From positions 1 to 64,000 of the IMG/VR virus record IMGVR_UViG_3300032093_000012: a stretch of DNA of 64,000 bases. One strand, written 5' to 3'. Within the stretch, counting starts at the first letter, position 1. Each line of letters opens with the position of its first letter. A program made the translations under genes and the position numbers. Below the pieces are notes generated by a model, which worked only from the letters and a program-made list of their open reading frames with translations, did not search any database and was not told the origin of the DNA. This document shows positions 9,974 through 18,939 of the stretch, piece by piece. This stretch comes from a virus.

Positions 9974-10246
9974 CTAGAACGTTCCACCTTCTAGAGTGCC
10001 TTCTACTTCACTCAAATTCACTTTTTTAACCTCATATGTATCTGTATTTGCATTGTATACTAAAGTAGAACCATCCTGTGGTGTTTCTGGTTCTAAAACA
10101 TCGGCTAATTGATCTAATCTTCCAGCATTAGTACTAATTTGAGTTGTATTTTTTAATGTAACTGGAGTAGAAGATTGAATGACTTCTCCTGTTACATTAG
10201 CTGACACTCTTATAGACTTCTTTGCAGAAACTACTATATTAACCAT
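9974..10246 (-). CDS. Small virion/fibre-associated protein
   Basis: 90 aa with RLDQLADV...DGSTLVYNA motif; ends LEGGTF. Confidence 0.6.
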   Translation of the reverse strand: MVNIVVSAKKSIRVSANVTGEVIQSSTPVTLKNTTQISTNAGRLDQLADVLEPETPQDGSTLVYNANTDTYEVKKVNLSEVEGTLEGGTF

Positions 10247-10575
10247 TATCTAGTAACCTGTGGTGTGACTGTAACTATACCTTCAACTATTCTTGATATA
10301 GAATTTGAAGCATCTGTTAATTCAACATCATATACATATCTTCCACCAACCATATTTGCTGTTTGATTTGCAGTCAATGAGAGAGTTATAACTCCAGCAG
10401 TTGCATTTATAGATGTAGAAAAAACTACAGAGTTTGATGAAGTATAATGTTTTCTAATCTGTGAATTTGCAGTATAACCAGAAAGAATTAGAGGATCACC
10501 ATTTTCATCAGTCAAGTTTAGATCAGTTGTATAAGTTGTTCCTTGGTCTATTACTAAGTTTGCTTTAGTTGCCAT
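10246..10575 (-). CDS. Virion structural protein (Ig/BppU-N-like adaptor common in T4-like phages)
   Basis: ANLVIDQGT...GRYVYDVEL...RIVEGIVTVTPQVT pattern. Confidence 0.75.
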   Translation of the reverse strand: MATKANLVIDQGTTYTTDLNLTDENGDPLILSGYTANSQIRKHYTSSNSVVFSTSINATAGVITLSLTANQTANMVGGRYVYDVELTDASNSISRIVEGIVTVTPQVTR

Positions 10576-10577
10576 TT

Positions 10578-11723
10578 TTATACACCCAGTGCAAATCGAG
10601 TAAACTTAACAGTTGTGTTTGTCGAAACAGGAGTACAATTAATAAACATATGAGTAGCATTTGCTCCAGCAGATATTCCAATAACCGAAGTATTAGTAAA
10701 CATTGTTCCGTATTCAGTCACATACGCCGTTGTGCCGTCATGTATGACTAATATTTTACTAACTTGATATGCATTTGCTGTATTATTATTCGCTGATATT
10801 AGATATTCGGCTGATCTAGTAGAAGATAATGTTACACTATCCATTACTTGTGAAGAAGTTCCAGTAAAAGTAATAGTATTTGAATTAACAAAAGATCCTA
10901 AAGAAGAAGCTAAAGTAGAAACTGTAACAACATTACTGCTGTTCAGAACTATCATTGATGAATTAACTACTACATTTACAGAAGAGTTACCCACATTTAT
11001 CTGAGAAGTTGTTATATTAACATTAGCACCAACATTAATGCCTGTAGTAGCATTTGCTGTAGTTGTATTGAGACCGCCAGAAGCATTAGCAAGTCCAACA
11101 ACTGTTAAAGTATTAGAAAAAGAAACAGAATTAGTTACAGCTAGCTGTTGGCTAATTGAAACGTTAGAACTAAATGTAGCATTACCTGTTACTGCTAAAG
11201 TATTAGAAAGAGTTGTGTTACCAATTACTACAAGCGTATTAGAAAGTGTAGTATTGCCTGTTACTGCCAACGTGTTAGAAAGAGCTGTGTTACCTGTTAC
11301 TGCTAGTGTATTTGCGAACGTTACACTTCCATTTACTACTAGAGTGTTAGAAACTGTAGTATTACCTGTTACTGCTAGAGTATTAGAAAAAGTAGTATTG
11401 CCCGTTACTACAAGCGTATTAGAAAAAGCGACAGAGTTAGTTACAGCTAGCTGTTGACTAATTAAAACGTTTGCACTAAATGCAGTATTTGTTTGAAAAG
11501 TTATAACACTATTTGTAGTAACGTTGCCGCCTTTAATATTTGTAGCAACAAGGGTGTTTGCTCCAAAGTGGCCATTTACGAAACCATTACCAGAAGTTAG
11601 AGCTCCAGCCGCATTAGCAGTAACTACTTCAGTGTCTATAAGTGTAATGATAGCATTCGTTCTATCAACCCAGTTCTGGAATGTGTCAGATGCTGTATTG
11701 ATAGATGAAAGTGTTTTAGACAT
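10578..11723 (-). CDS. Fibre-like virion protein with 12-aa tandem repeats
   Basis: DTFQNWVDRTN N-terminus; repeated SNTLAVTGNTTL-like units; C-terminal RSAEYLI...EYG domain. Confidence 0.7.
   Translation of the reverse strand: MSKTLSSINTASDTFQNWVDRTNAIITLIDTEVVTANAAGALTSGNGFVNGHFGANTLVATNIKGGNVTTNSVITFQTNTAFSANVLISQQLAVTNSVAFSNTLVVTGNTTFSNTLAVTGNTTVSNTLVVNGSVTFANTLAVTGNTALSNTLAVTGNTTLSNTLVVIGNTTLSNTLAVTGNATFSSNVSISQQLAVTNSVSFSNTLTVVGLANASGGLNTTTANATTGINVGANVNITTSQINVGNSSVNVVVNSSMIVLNSSNVVTVSTLASSLGSFVNSNTITFTGTSSQVMDSVTLSSTRSAEYLISANNNTANAYQVSKILVIHDGTTAYVTEYGTMFTNTSVIGISAGANATHMFINCTPVSTNTTVKFTRFALGV
11100..11483 (-). repeat. Degenerate 36-bp (12-codon) in-frame tandem repeat, roughly 10 units
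   Basis: Recurring gtattagaaa...ttacctgttact units on the plus strand, matching the SNTLxVTGNxxx peptide repeat. Confidence 0.8.
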
Positions 11724-11726
11724 AAA

Positions 11727-11996
11727 TTAATTCCGTTCTACGACTTTAATTAAAATGTTTTTTAGTTCTTCTATTTGATTCTCTAGATTTTTCACTTTTT
11801 CAGCAGCTTCAATTTGTTTTTTAGCATTTTGTACTGCCGCTTTCGTTAACAATAATTCATTTTTATTTCTATTTATTATGAATCCGGTCTTCTTATCTTT
11901 AAACATACCTGTAGCAGATGTTTTAGTATACTTTTTCCGAAACATTTTTTTTCGTTTTTTCTTATCTTTTTTTACATCTTCTTCTTGTGTTGTCAT
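11727..11996 (-). CDS. Small conserved protein following the VrlC-like genes
   Basis: KDKKTGFIINRN followed by a C-terminal coiled coil (NLENQIEELKNIL). The true start may be the internal M of MFRKK. Confidence 0.6.
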   Translation of the reverse strand: MTTQEEDVKKDKKKRKKMFRKKYTKTSATGMFKDKKTGFIINRNKNELLLTKAAVQNAKKQIEAAEKVKNLENQIEELKNILIKVVERN

Positions 11997-14716
11997 GTAG
12001 ATGTTGCCACAGCTCGCATGTTACTTATAAACGGTGTAATGTATTGATCATTTGATAAGAATACTATCTTAAGAGCAAATGTATCAAACTTATCAAATTC
12101 TGTCATGCTAGAACTATAATATCTAGCAACGTTATCATTTGCTTTATTATTGAAAGCCTGATACTTATAACCTAACTTATCTATTTTAAGACCAGATCCA
12201 GCAACACTTACATTTGATATCTCTGTTTGTAGAGTTATTAAAGTATTATTAACTACATTTGATACTACTGCTATTTCATAAGTATTTGGGAATAACGCTG
12301 GATATATTTTAACTAAGTCATTATTAGCAAAATTTGTAGTAAACGTTGTATCTACACCAATAACATTTGTTTGGTTTATTGTAGTAGTTACAACACCATT
12401 TGAAGTAAATGTTGTGTTTGGATATTGCGGAAGTCCATAAGTAAATTCAATCAAATCAGATGTAGTAGAAGAAAATAATTTACTTGCTGAAGACTTAAAC
12501 TCTAACAAACTCCAATCTTTATCGTCATACGCATCTTTATCTTTATTGTTATAAAGTTTTGCATAAACTCTAAAGTTTGTACCCTGTGGTCTGTAACCAG
12601 TAATGTAAACTAATAAATCTTCACCAGATACTTGTGGATCAAGATTAATTCTTGTAGTTATATGTTTACTAAAAGCATTACCATATTTTGTATTTTCATT
12701 TGTATCATCGTCATTAATAACATAACGATACAACACGATGTTAGCTAGATTACTCTGCATTTTTGGTGCAACAAAATCATTGTTAAATGATGGTGTTATA
12801 GTAATAGCTACTGCGTTACTCTGTTCATACGCATATATTGGAGATGTATTAATAGTTACTATTTCACGAGATCTAGATGGCACGACGATAGCGTCTTCTT
12901 TTTTATAGAAGTATTCGTTGAACATTCTAATAGGTTGCGTGAAAGGAGTAGCATCAACTATGACATCTCCGTTTGTCGCTAGAGTATAATTAAACTTTGC
13001 TTCTGCATCAAATGTAGCTTGTGCAGGAGCAATAGTATCAATAGCAGCAACCATTCTGTTTACTTTAAAATCTACTATATTAACGTTTGAAACTGAAGCG
13101 CCGGATTGATCGCCAACTATAGTAGAGTTATTAGTAAAGTATAGATCGCTGTTTGCCTGTGAATAATAAAGCATTAATAGTTTAGCTCTACCACCGTCTA
13201 AATATGAATTTTTAAGTGAATGAACCCAAGCAACAGGTGTCTTATAAAAAGTACTTGTCGTATTTGTAAATGAAGTAGGTCTATCGATAGTTAGTATCGT
13301 GTTAGATGTTACACCTACTACTTCCCTTAGTTCGACGTTTGCTCCATTATTAATAGCAATATATTCTGAATCTGAACCCTGTAAAAATGTCGTATCAAAA
13401 GTAGTTCCATTGCCGGTTACAGTAGTAGAACTATTACTTACAGAGAGTGTTCCTGATAAGTTTGATTTTACCTGAAAAACTTTTTCATTACCATAGAAAT
13501 TTGTAGTCGAGTTCAATTCATTAAAATGCATGAATTCATAAGATTTATTTCTAACTTCTAGAGCAGTAACATTTGAAATAGCAGTACCTTCATAAGCATA
13601 TCTGGCAGCATTAATATTAAATTTTAAATCTATATTTGCTGATGATATCCAATTACTAGTATAAGCAGAATAAGTAAAATAATTACCAATATATTGACCG
13701 TTTACACCACTAGATAGAGTTTTAGTACCTAGTAACCATTCATTTTCTTTTGCTGTATATAGTTTATACTCAGGTGTGTTACCATCATATCTTACAACTA
13801 TAGCATATTCTGTATTTGTTTTAGTAGGAATGGTGTCTGCAAATACAAACTTAGTAGAAACAGACGCGTCTGTACTTGTATTTATTTGATCATATTCTAG
13901 TCTTGCAGATGGCATAGAACCGAGACTGCTTATGACCGGTAATCTATTTTTACATGGAACCAATAAAACAGTTACACCTGGGCTTTTCAAGCCACCAACA
14001 CTTTTAGGAGTTGGTTTTTCTTTAAAAAATAATTCTACACTACTAATACTAACTTCTGTAGCGTTTTTTACTACTGAAGGATCAATAAAAAACGTTTGAG
14101 CTAAAGTAAAAGTAGGAGCAGGTTCTCCAACAGTTGAAAATGAGTTATTATCAATAGTATCAATATTATAGTTTTTTAGTAAACTTCTTCCAAGAATTAA
14201 AGTTTTTTTACTTGTACCGTCAGGAGTTTTTACTATAAACTTTTTATTTAAAAAAGCACCAAAGTTATCGAACTTTAATTTAGTCTTTTTTAGTTCTTGA
14301 CTAGTATTCGTTTCGGGTACGAAGAAATAAAATGCTAGAGTACCATTTTCATCTGTAACTAATGGATCACCTATCTCACCTATCGTTATTACATCATCTT
14401 TTCTAGTATTAGTATCACTAAAATTATAATCATCAAAAAATATTTTTCTATTAATATGATCTGCATTATATGGAATAGCATTTCCAGATGAATCTTTATT
14501 CTGACTCTTATTATTATTAAGATGATTATTATATACAGCTTGATAATTAGTGCTTTTTTTAACCTGTAAAGTATGTTGTGTTATGTCAGTAACATCTTCT
14601 TCATAGAACTTATGTTCAGTATTTGGTTTTAAACCATAAATCAGTATTTCAACAGTTGTATTTTTCAACTTGAATTTTGAAGGGTTTTTATACTGACTAA
14701 TATAGGCTTTTGACAT
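11993..14716 (-). CDS. Virion structural protein resembling the C-terminal part of VrlC/DUF4815-type proteins
   Basis: GLKPNT, LAQTFFI, DLKFNINAARY, and terminal FDTFALKIVF...P.I.NMRAVA motifs. Confidence 0.7.
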   Translation of the reverse strand: MSKAYISQYKNPSKFKLKNTTVEILIYGLKPNTEHKFYEEDVTDITQHTLQVKKSTNYQAVYNNHLNNNKSQNKDSSGNAIPYNADHINRKIFFDDYNFSDTNTRKDDVITIGEIGDPLVTDENGTLAFYFFVPETNTSQELKKTKLKFDNFGAFLNKKFIVKTPDGTSKKTLILGRSLLKNYNIDTIDNNSFSTVGEPAPTFTLAQTFFIDPSVVKNATEVSISSVELFFKEKPTPKSVGGLKSPGVTVLLVPCKNRLPVISSLGSMPSARLEYDQINTSTDASVSTKFVFADTIPTKTNTEYAIVVRYDGNTPEYKLYTAKENEWLLGTKTLSSGVNGQYIGNYFTYSAYTSNWISSANIDLKFNINAARYAYEGTAISNVTALEVRNKSYEFMHFNELNSTTNFYGNEKVFQVKSNLSGTLSVSNSSTTVTGNGTTFDTTFLQGSDSEYIAINNGANVELREVVGVTSNTILTIDRPTSFTNTTSTFYKTPVAWVHSLKNSYLDGGRAKLLMLYYSQANSDLYFTNNSTIVGDQSGASVSNVNIVDFKVNRMVAAIDTIAPAQATFDAEAKFNYTLATNGDVIVDATPFTQPIRMFNEYFYKKEDAIVVPSRSREIVTINTSPIYAYEQSNAVAITITPSFNNDFVAPKMQSNLANIVLYRYVINDDDTNENTKYGNAFSKHITTRINLDPQVSGEDLLVYITGYRPQGTNFRVYAKLYNNKDKDAYDDKDWSLLEFKSSASKLFSSTTSDLIEFTYGLPQYPNTTFTSNGVVTTTINQTNVIGVDTTFTTNFANNDLVKIYPALFPNTYEIAVVSNVVNNTLITLQTEISNVSVAGSGLKIDKLGYKYQAFNNKANDNVARYYSSSMTEFDKFDTFALKIVFLSNDQYITPFISNMRAVATST

Positions 14717-14754
14717 TTATAATTTCCTCGTTCTTCTTAACATACTATTTAGTA

Positions 14755-17700
14755 TTATTCATCGCCGTCATCATCATCATCATCATCGTCATCTTCACCA
14801 TCATCGGTATCTACACCACCATCTTCTGGATCGCCGTGAGGTGAATCAGCCCACTGATAGCTATCAGTATTATCATCTACATCAGGTGTTGTGACTTGAC
14901 CACCGCCATCAGGTTCATCTGTTGGTAGTGGTAGACCGGTCAGGCCACCATCTATATAATCTCCGGGATCATCTCCCGGATCACCATCCTCAGTAATGAC
15001 TATGACGTCGCCGCCTCCGCCGCCACCATCAGGTGTTACTACTATTCCATCATCATTTGGAGGTGGAGGTTGAGGTACAATTACTACTGGTTCTGTAGCA
15101 ATATTTTGTGATACTATAGCTACTTCTGTATATGGAAAATCATATACATCACCAGTATCTAAGCTAACATTCAAAAGTTCTGTAAGAGGATGTAATTGTC
15201 TATTAGCAGCATCTAGATAAGATGTATATTCTGGGTTCTTAGTATCACTAAGATTATTATTTGTAAAATCATCAATAAAGAAACCATACTTAAATCTATT
15301 AATATCTGGAGATATTGAACTTGGAATCACTTTGTTTTTGAGTTGGCTTTCTGCTAAGCTCAATGAAACAGCATATTCTAAGTTACGCACTCTTTGATCT
15401 ATACGTGCGATATCTTTCATTTTATAAGCTTTTGGTTGAGATTCTTTAATCTCACCATTACTAATTAGATCTCTAACTATTTTGTTATTAACTCTGCTTG
15501 TAAGATATCTTTCACTTACAATTTTTTTATCTAAAATTGTTTGTACATTAGCAGATGGATTTTGTGCAATAGTTGGATAAGCAGGAATACTTAATAGGGA
15601 AATATCTATACTGTCTCTATTAGTACCTGATCTCTTTTTATCTGCTTTTTCACCGTTTGTACCAGTCTTAATTGTAATCGTATTATTTTTATTAACTGTT
15701 ACAACGTCTGTTCTTCCAACATAATACTCAATAGTGCCAGTTAATACTGTTCCTGGATATGGAAATTTCTTTTCAGAAGAACCAATATTAAGAGTAGTGT
15801 TACTTGGTGGATTTACAGTTGCAGCTTCCGAGTTTGTTGTTAGTGTTGCAGAAGATATGACTGCTGGTCTAAAGTCAAATGTTGTCAATAGATCATAGTA
15901 GATACCTACATCAGTTTTTAATTCTGGAACTTCAAGAGTGTTTATCTGTGTTGTTAATGCACTTAATGCTTTTGAATCAACATTTGCTATCTGCGCAGCA
16001 TTTGCTGTCAAATAAGACACAGGTGTATAATAACCGTTTGTTGACGTATTAAATCTATCAACCTGTACTAACAGCCAGTTGGTAGTGTTTGGTCTAAACG
16101 AGATATCAGGCTTAACATACAGATAACCCTGATCATAATAATCTGCTGTTTGATTATGATCTACATAGAAATAATCAGTAACATCAGTACTACTTGTATT
16201 AACTGAACTGTTTGTTCCTAGATAAACTTTTCTAAGTCTAAAAATGTCTGATACACCGAGATGCCAAGGACCAGTGTTATTTGCTTCATTATTTGCCATA
16301 GCAAGTTTGACAAATAAGTTTCTATCAGCAGTCTTAGTTCCTTGAGCTGCACCATCTCTTCTAACATTATAGCCAACTATCATGTTAGAATTACCTGGTG
16401 ATTGGATAGCGAGACCCATATTAATAGTTAGAATATTATTATTAGCATCTACGTTTGCAGAATAACCATCTCTATCACCAAACGGAATAGAGATATATCT
16501 AGGAAAATATCTCTTGATTTTTGAATTAGCTTGAGTAAATGATAAGTTTGAATTTAATTGAATAAAAGTATTATTTACAACATTAATTACTAGTTTTTTA
16601 TCATATGCTGTGCTATTTGCATAGACATAAACATAATCACCGATTCTGAGGTCTGTAATAAAAGAAGTACCGGTGCCAACAAGATTTGCTGAAGTAGTTG
16701 TAGCTGCTGCATTACCAGTGATTGCTACATTGGCGATCATGCCTTCTTGAGCAGGAGCTACATAAAGTTCTCTAAGTTGTTCATCACTTAATGTAGCATT
16801 AGATGAATATGGGAAAAACTCATCTGGTGTTGATGATAATGAAAGTGTAATACTTCCTGAAGTAGAATTAAGAGAAGCGTTTGATACTATGGTTCTATAG
16901 ATATATTTAATATTATTAGCATTTTTAAGGTATCTTGTAGTATCAAATATTAATCTACCTCTACCCTTAATATTTGCTATGTCTACAGCTGTTGTTGGAT
17001 CTAGATCTAACACTATATCAGCAATGCCATCAGCAGCAGCGCCATTATAATAAACGCTCTTAACATCTTTAAAGTTTTTACCAGAATCCATATCAATATC
17101 AAAAAGATATAATCTATAGATTGCAGAACTTGTGCCAGGCACACCATTTTCTAAGGTCATTGATCTCATTCTAGCATAACCAATTTTGGTTCCTGCTGGA
17201 GCGATTGTTTCTGCTAGAGCCAACGATGAATTAGAAACATAGTCTCTTGCTGTATCATAGAGTTCTAACTGATCACCAGTATTAAATTGGAATAAGCCAG
17301 CAACATCTGATATTCTAATGTAATTTTGATAACCTAAGCTGATACTAAAAGTATTTGTTACAACTGTATCAGTACCTTTTTTGATATCCTGAACATAGTT
17401 TGCATCAGTAACTACTCTATAACCGTTTATATAACCTCTACCAGGATCTACAACAACTGAAATAGTATTTCCTTCAAAAGAACTATTTGCTGGTGATCTC
17501 GTAGTGACATTGAACTGGTCTAAAACATAATTGCCGCTGGCATCTCTGGTTCTTTCTGCCATCTCATCGTTTATGACGTTATAAGCAGTAAATTGATTTT
17601 GTTTATATGGCGAACCATCAGAGAAGCTAGTAAGTATATAAGCTTCTGCATTTGATTCTGCTATATCTGTATTAGATAATACTAAGTTGGCAGTAAGCTT

Positions 17701-18930
17701 TAATCTGTCTGCGCCGGGAGCAGTTTCGTTTTGAGTACCAAGAGCGTTATCAAGTAAACTAGTATCGATGTTAGAATTAATAATATCTTCTTTTGTTTCA
17801 AAAACTACCGAAATATTATTCGGTGTATTATTATATTTTGATACTATGATATTTTGAGGATACACTTTAATAAAGTGACCTTTTTGATATATGATACCTT
17901 CGCCTACACCAAATTGATAGCTATTACCCGTAGCAGACGCTCCAGAAGCGACTTTAATTTTTTGAACAAAGTTTCTAGCTTCCAAATCTAGTACAGCCAA
18001 ACCGCCGCTGTTGTCTATAGATCTTACTCTAATATTTGGTGCTATGCTATAGTTTATACCTCTTTGTACTACATCTATAGTATTAATCTTACCGGCAGCT
18101 GTTGTTTTTAGAACTGCAGAAGCTCCAGAACCAATCTTTCCTACGACTGTACCAACAGCTGTATTTCCTGTGTTTCTTATTTCTGAATTTGCTGCTATAG
18201 TCCAACTATTAGATGTAGCAGATGAGTTCGCTAGAACAACATCTCTCGGCTTTATTTTTAATATGACATAACCTGAAGAAGCCAGCGTTGTATTATCAGC
18301 TTCAATAATCTCTACGTTAGCGCCAGTAGTTTGGTCGATTATATATTGGCCATTAGTAAATGTACCGGTAGATGTATTTACAACTATAGCAGATGTGATG
18401 ATAACACTATCTGAGTTAGAAAATGATATACCACCATTGTTAATAATAATAGAACCTAAATTATAATCTTTTGAATATACTGTTAGTTCTTGATCTGAAG
18501 AAAAACTATATTCATTTCCGGAAGCACCAGCATTAATATATGTAAGATAAAGTGTCTTTAGATCCGGATCTGTACTCTCATAACCATCTGATACGTTAAT
18601 GATTCTAGCTACAACGTTGTTAGCATTTTTTACTCTGAAACTTTGATTCAAGTAGTCTACTGATACGGGATTATTATCAATATCAGTATCAAGAATCTTT
18701 ACATATTTAATAGTATTAGTATAGCTAAAGTTACATCCATCTATAATAGTACCGCGCTTGAAGATATTATTCCCAAATCTTTCGATCTGTGATTGTAGTA
18801 TGGCTTGCATTTGGTTGAGTTCTCTAACCTGGACAGAAACACCAGGCTTGAACAAAACTCGATGAAAGTTCTTTGTCTCATCATAATCATCGAAATATGG
18901 AGATACGTTGAGATCTTTTTCGATAGCCAT
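14755..18930 (-). CDS. VrlC/DUF4815-like virion structural protein, N-terminal part
   Basis: DLNVSPYFDDYDE.KNFHRVLFKPG..VQ.RELNQMQ, APGADRLK and RFKYGFFIDDF motifs; acidic low-complexity C-terminal tail. Confidence 0.85.
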   Translation of the reverse strand: MAIEKDLNVSPYFDDYDETKNFHRVLFKPGVSVQVRELNQMQAILQSQIERFGNNIFKRGTIIDGCNFSYTNTIKYVKILDTDIDNNPVSVDYLNQSFRVKNANNVVARIINVSDGYESTDPDLKTLYLTYINAGASGNEYSFSSDQELTVYSKDYNLGSIIINNGGISFSNSDSVIITSAIVVNTSTGTFTNGQYIIDQTTGANVEIIEADNTTLASSGYVILKIKPRDVVLANSSATSNSWTIAANSEIRNTGNTAVGTVVGKIGSGASAVLKTTAAGKINTIDVVQRGINYSIAPNIRVRSIDNSGGLAVLDLEARNFVQKIKVASGASATGNSYQFGVGEGIIYQKGHFIKVYPQNIIVSKYNNTPNNISVVFETKEDIINSNIDTSLLDNALGTQNETAPGADRLKLTANLVLSNTDIAESNAEAYILTSFSDGSPYKQNQFTAYNVINDEMAERTRDASGNYVLDQFNVTTRSPANSSFEGNTISVVVDPGRGYINGYRVVTDANYVQDIKKGTDTVVTNTFSISLGYQNYIRISDVAGLFQFNTGDQLELYDTARDYVSNSSLALAETIAPAGTKIGYARMRSMTLENGVPGTSSAIYRLYLFDIDMDSGKNFKDVKSVYYNGAAADGIADIVLDLDPTTAVDIANIKGRGRLIFDTTRYLKNANNIKYIYRTIVSNASLNSTSGSITLSLSSTPDEFFPYSSNATLSDEQLRELYVAPAQEGMIANVAITGNAAATTTSANLVGTGTSFITDLRIGDYVYVYANSTAYDKKLVINVVNNTFIQLNSNLSFTQANSKIKRYFPRYISIPFGDRDGYSANVDANNNILTINMGLAIQSPGNSNMIVGYNVRRDGAAQGTKTADRNLFVKLAMANNEANNTGPWHLGVSDIFRLRKVYLGTNSSVNTSSTDVTDYFYVDHNQTADYYDQGYLYVKPDISFRPNTTNWLLVQVDRFNTSTNGYYTPVSYLTANAAQIANVDSKALSALTTQINTLEVPELKTDVGIYYDLLTTFDFRPAVISSATLTTNSEAATVNPPSNTTLNIGSSEKKFPYPGTVLTGTIEYYVGRTDVVTVNKNNTITIKTGTNGEKADKKRSGTNRDSIDISLLSIPAYPTIAQNPSANVQTILDKKIVSERYLTSRVNNKIVRDLISNGEIKESQPKAYKMKDIARIDQRVRNLEYAVSLSLAESQLKNKVIPSSISPDINRFKYGFFIDDFTNNNLSDTKNPEYTSYLDAANRQLHPLTELLNVSLDTGDVYDFPYTEVAIVSQNIATEPVVIVPQPPPPNDDGIVVTPDGGGGGGDVIVITEDGDPGDDPGDYIDGGLTGLPLPTDEPDGGGQVTTPDVDDNTDSYQWADSPHGDPEDGGVDTDDGEDDDDDDDDDGDE

Positions 18931-18939
18931 TTAAACCCC

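Noticed and set aside
11100-11483. CRISPR array suggested by 36-bp periodicity
   Set aside because: Units are contiguous and degenerate at third codon positions inside an ORF, with no unique spacers and no cas genes.
1778-11723. Diversity-generating retroelement acting on the fibre genes (Mtd-N-like domains present)
   Set aside because: No reverse transcriptase in the window and no template/variable repeat pair differing only at adenines; the repeats seen are in-frame coding repeats.
1760-11730. Many plus-strand V/L/P-rich ORFs opposite the fibre genes
   Set aside because: Antisense shadows of Thr/Asn/Gly codon bias, with no ribosome-binding sites.
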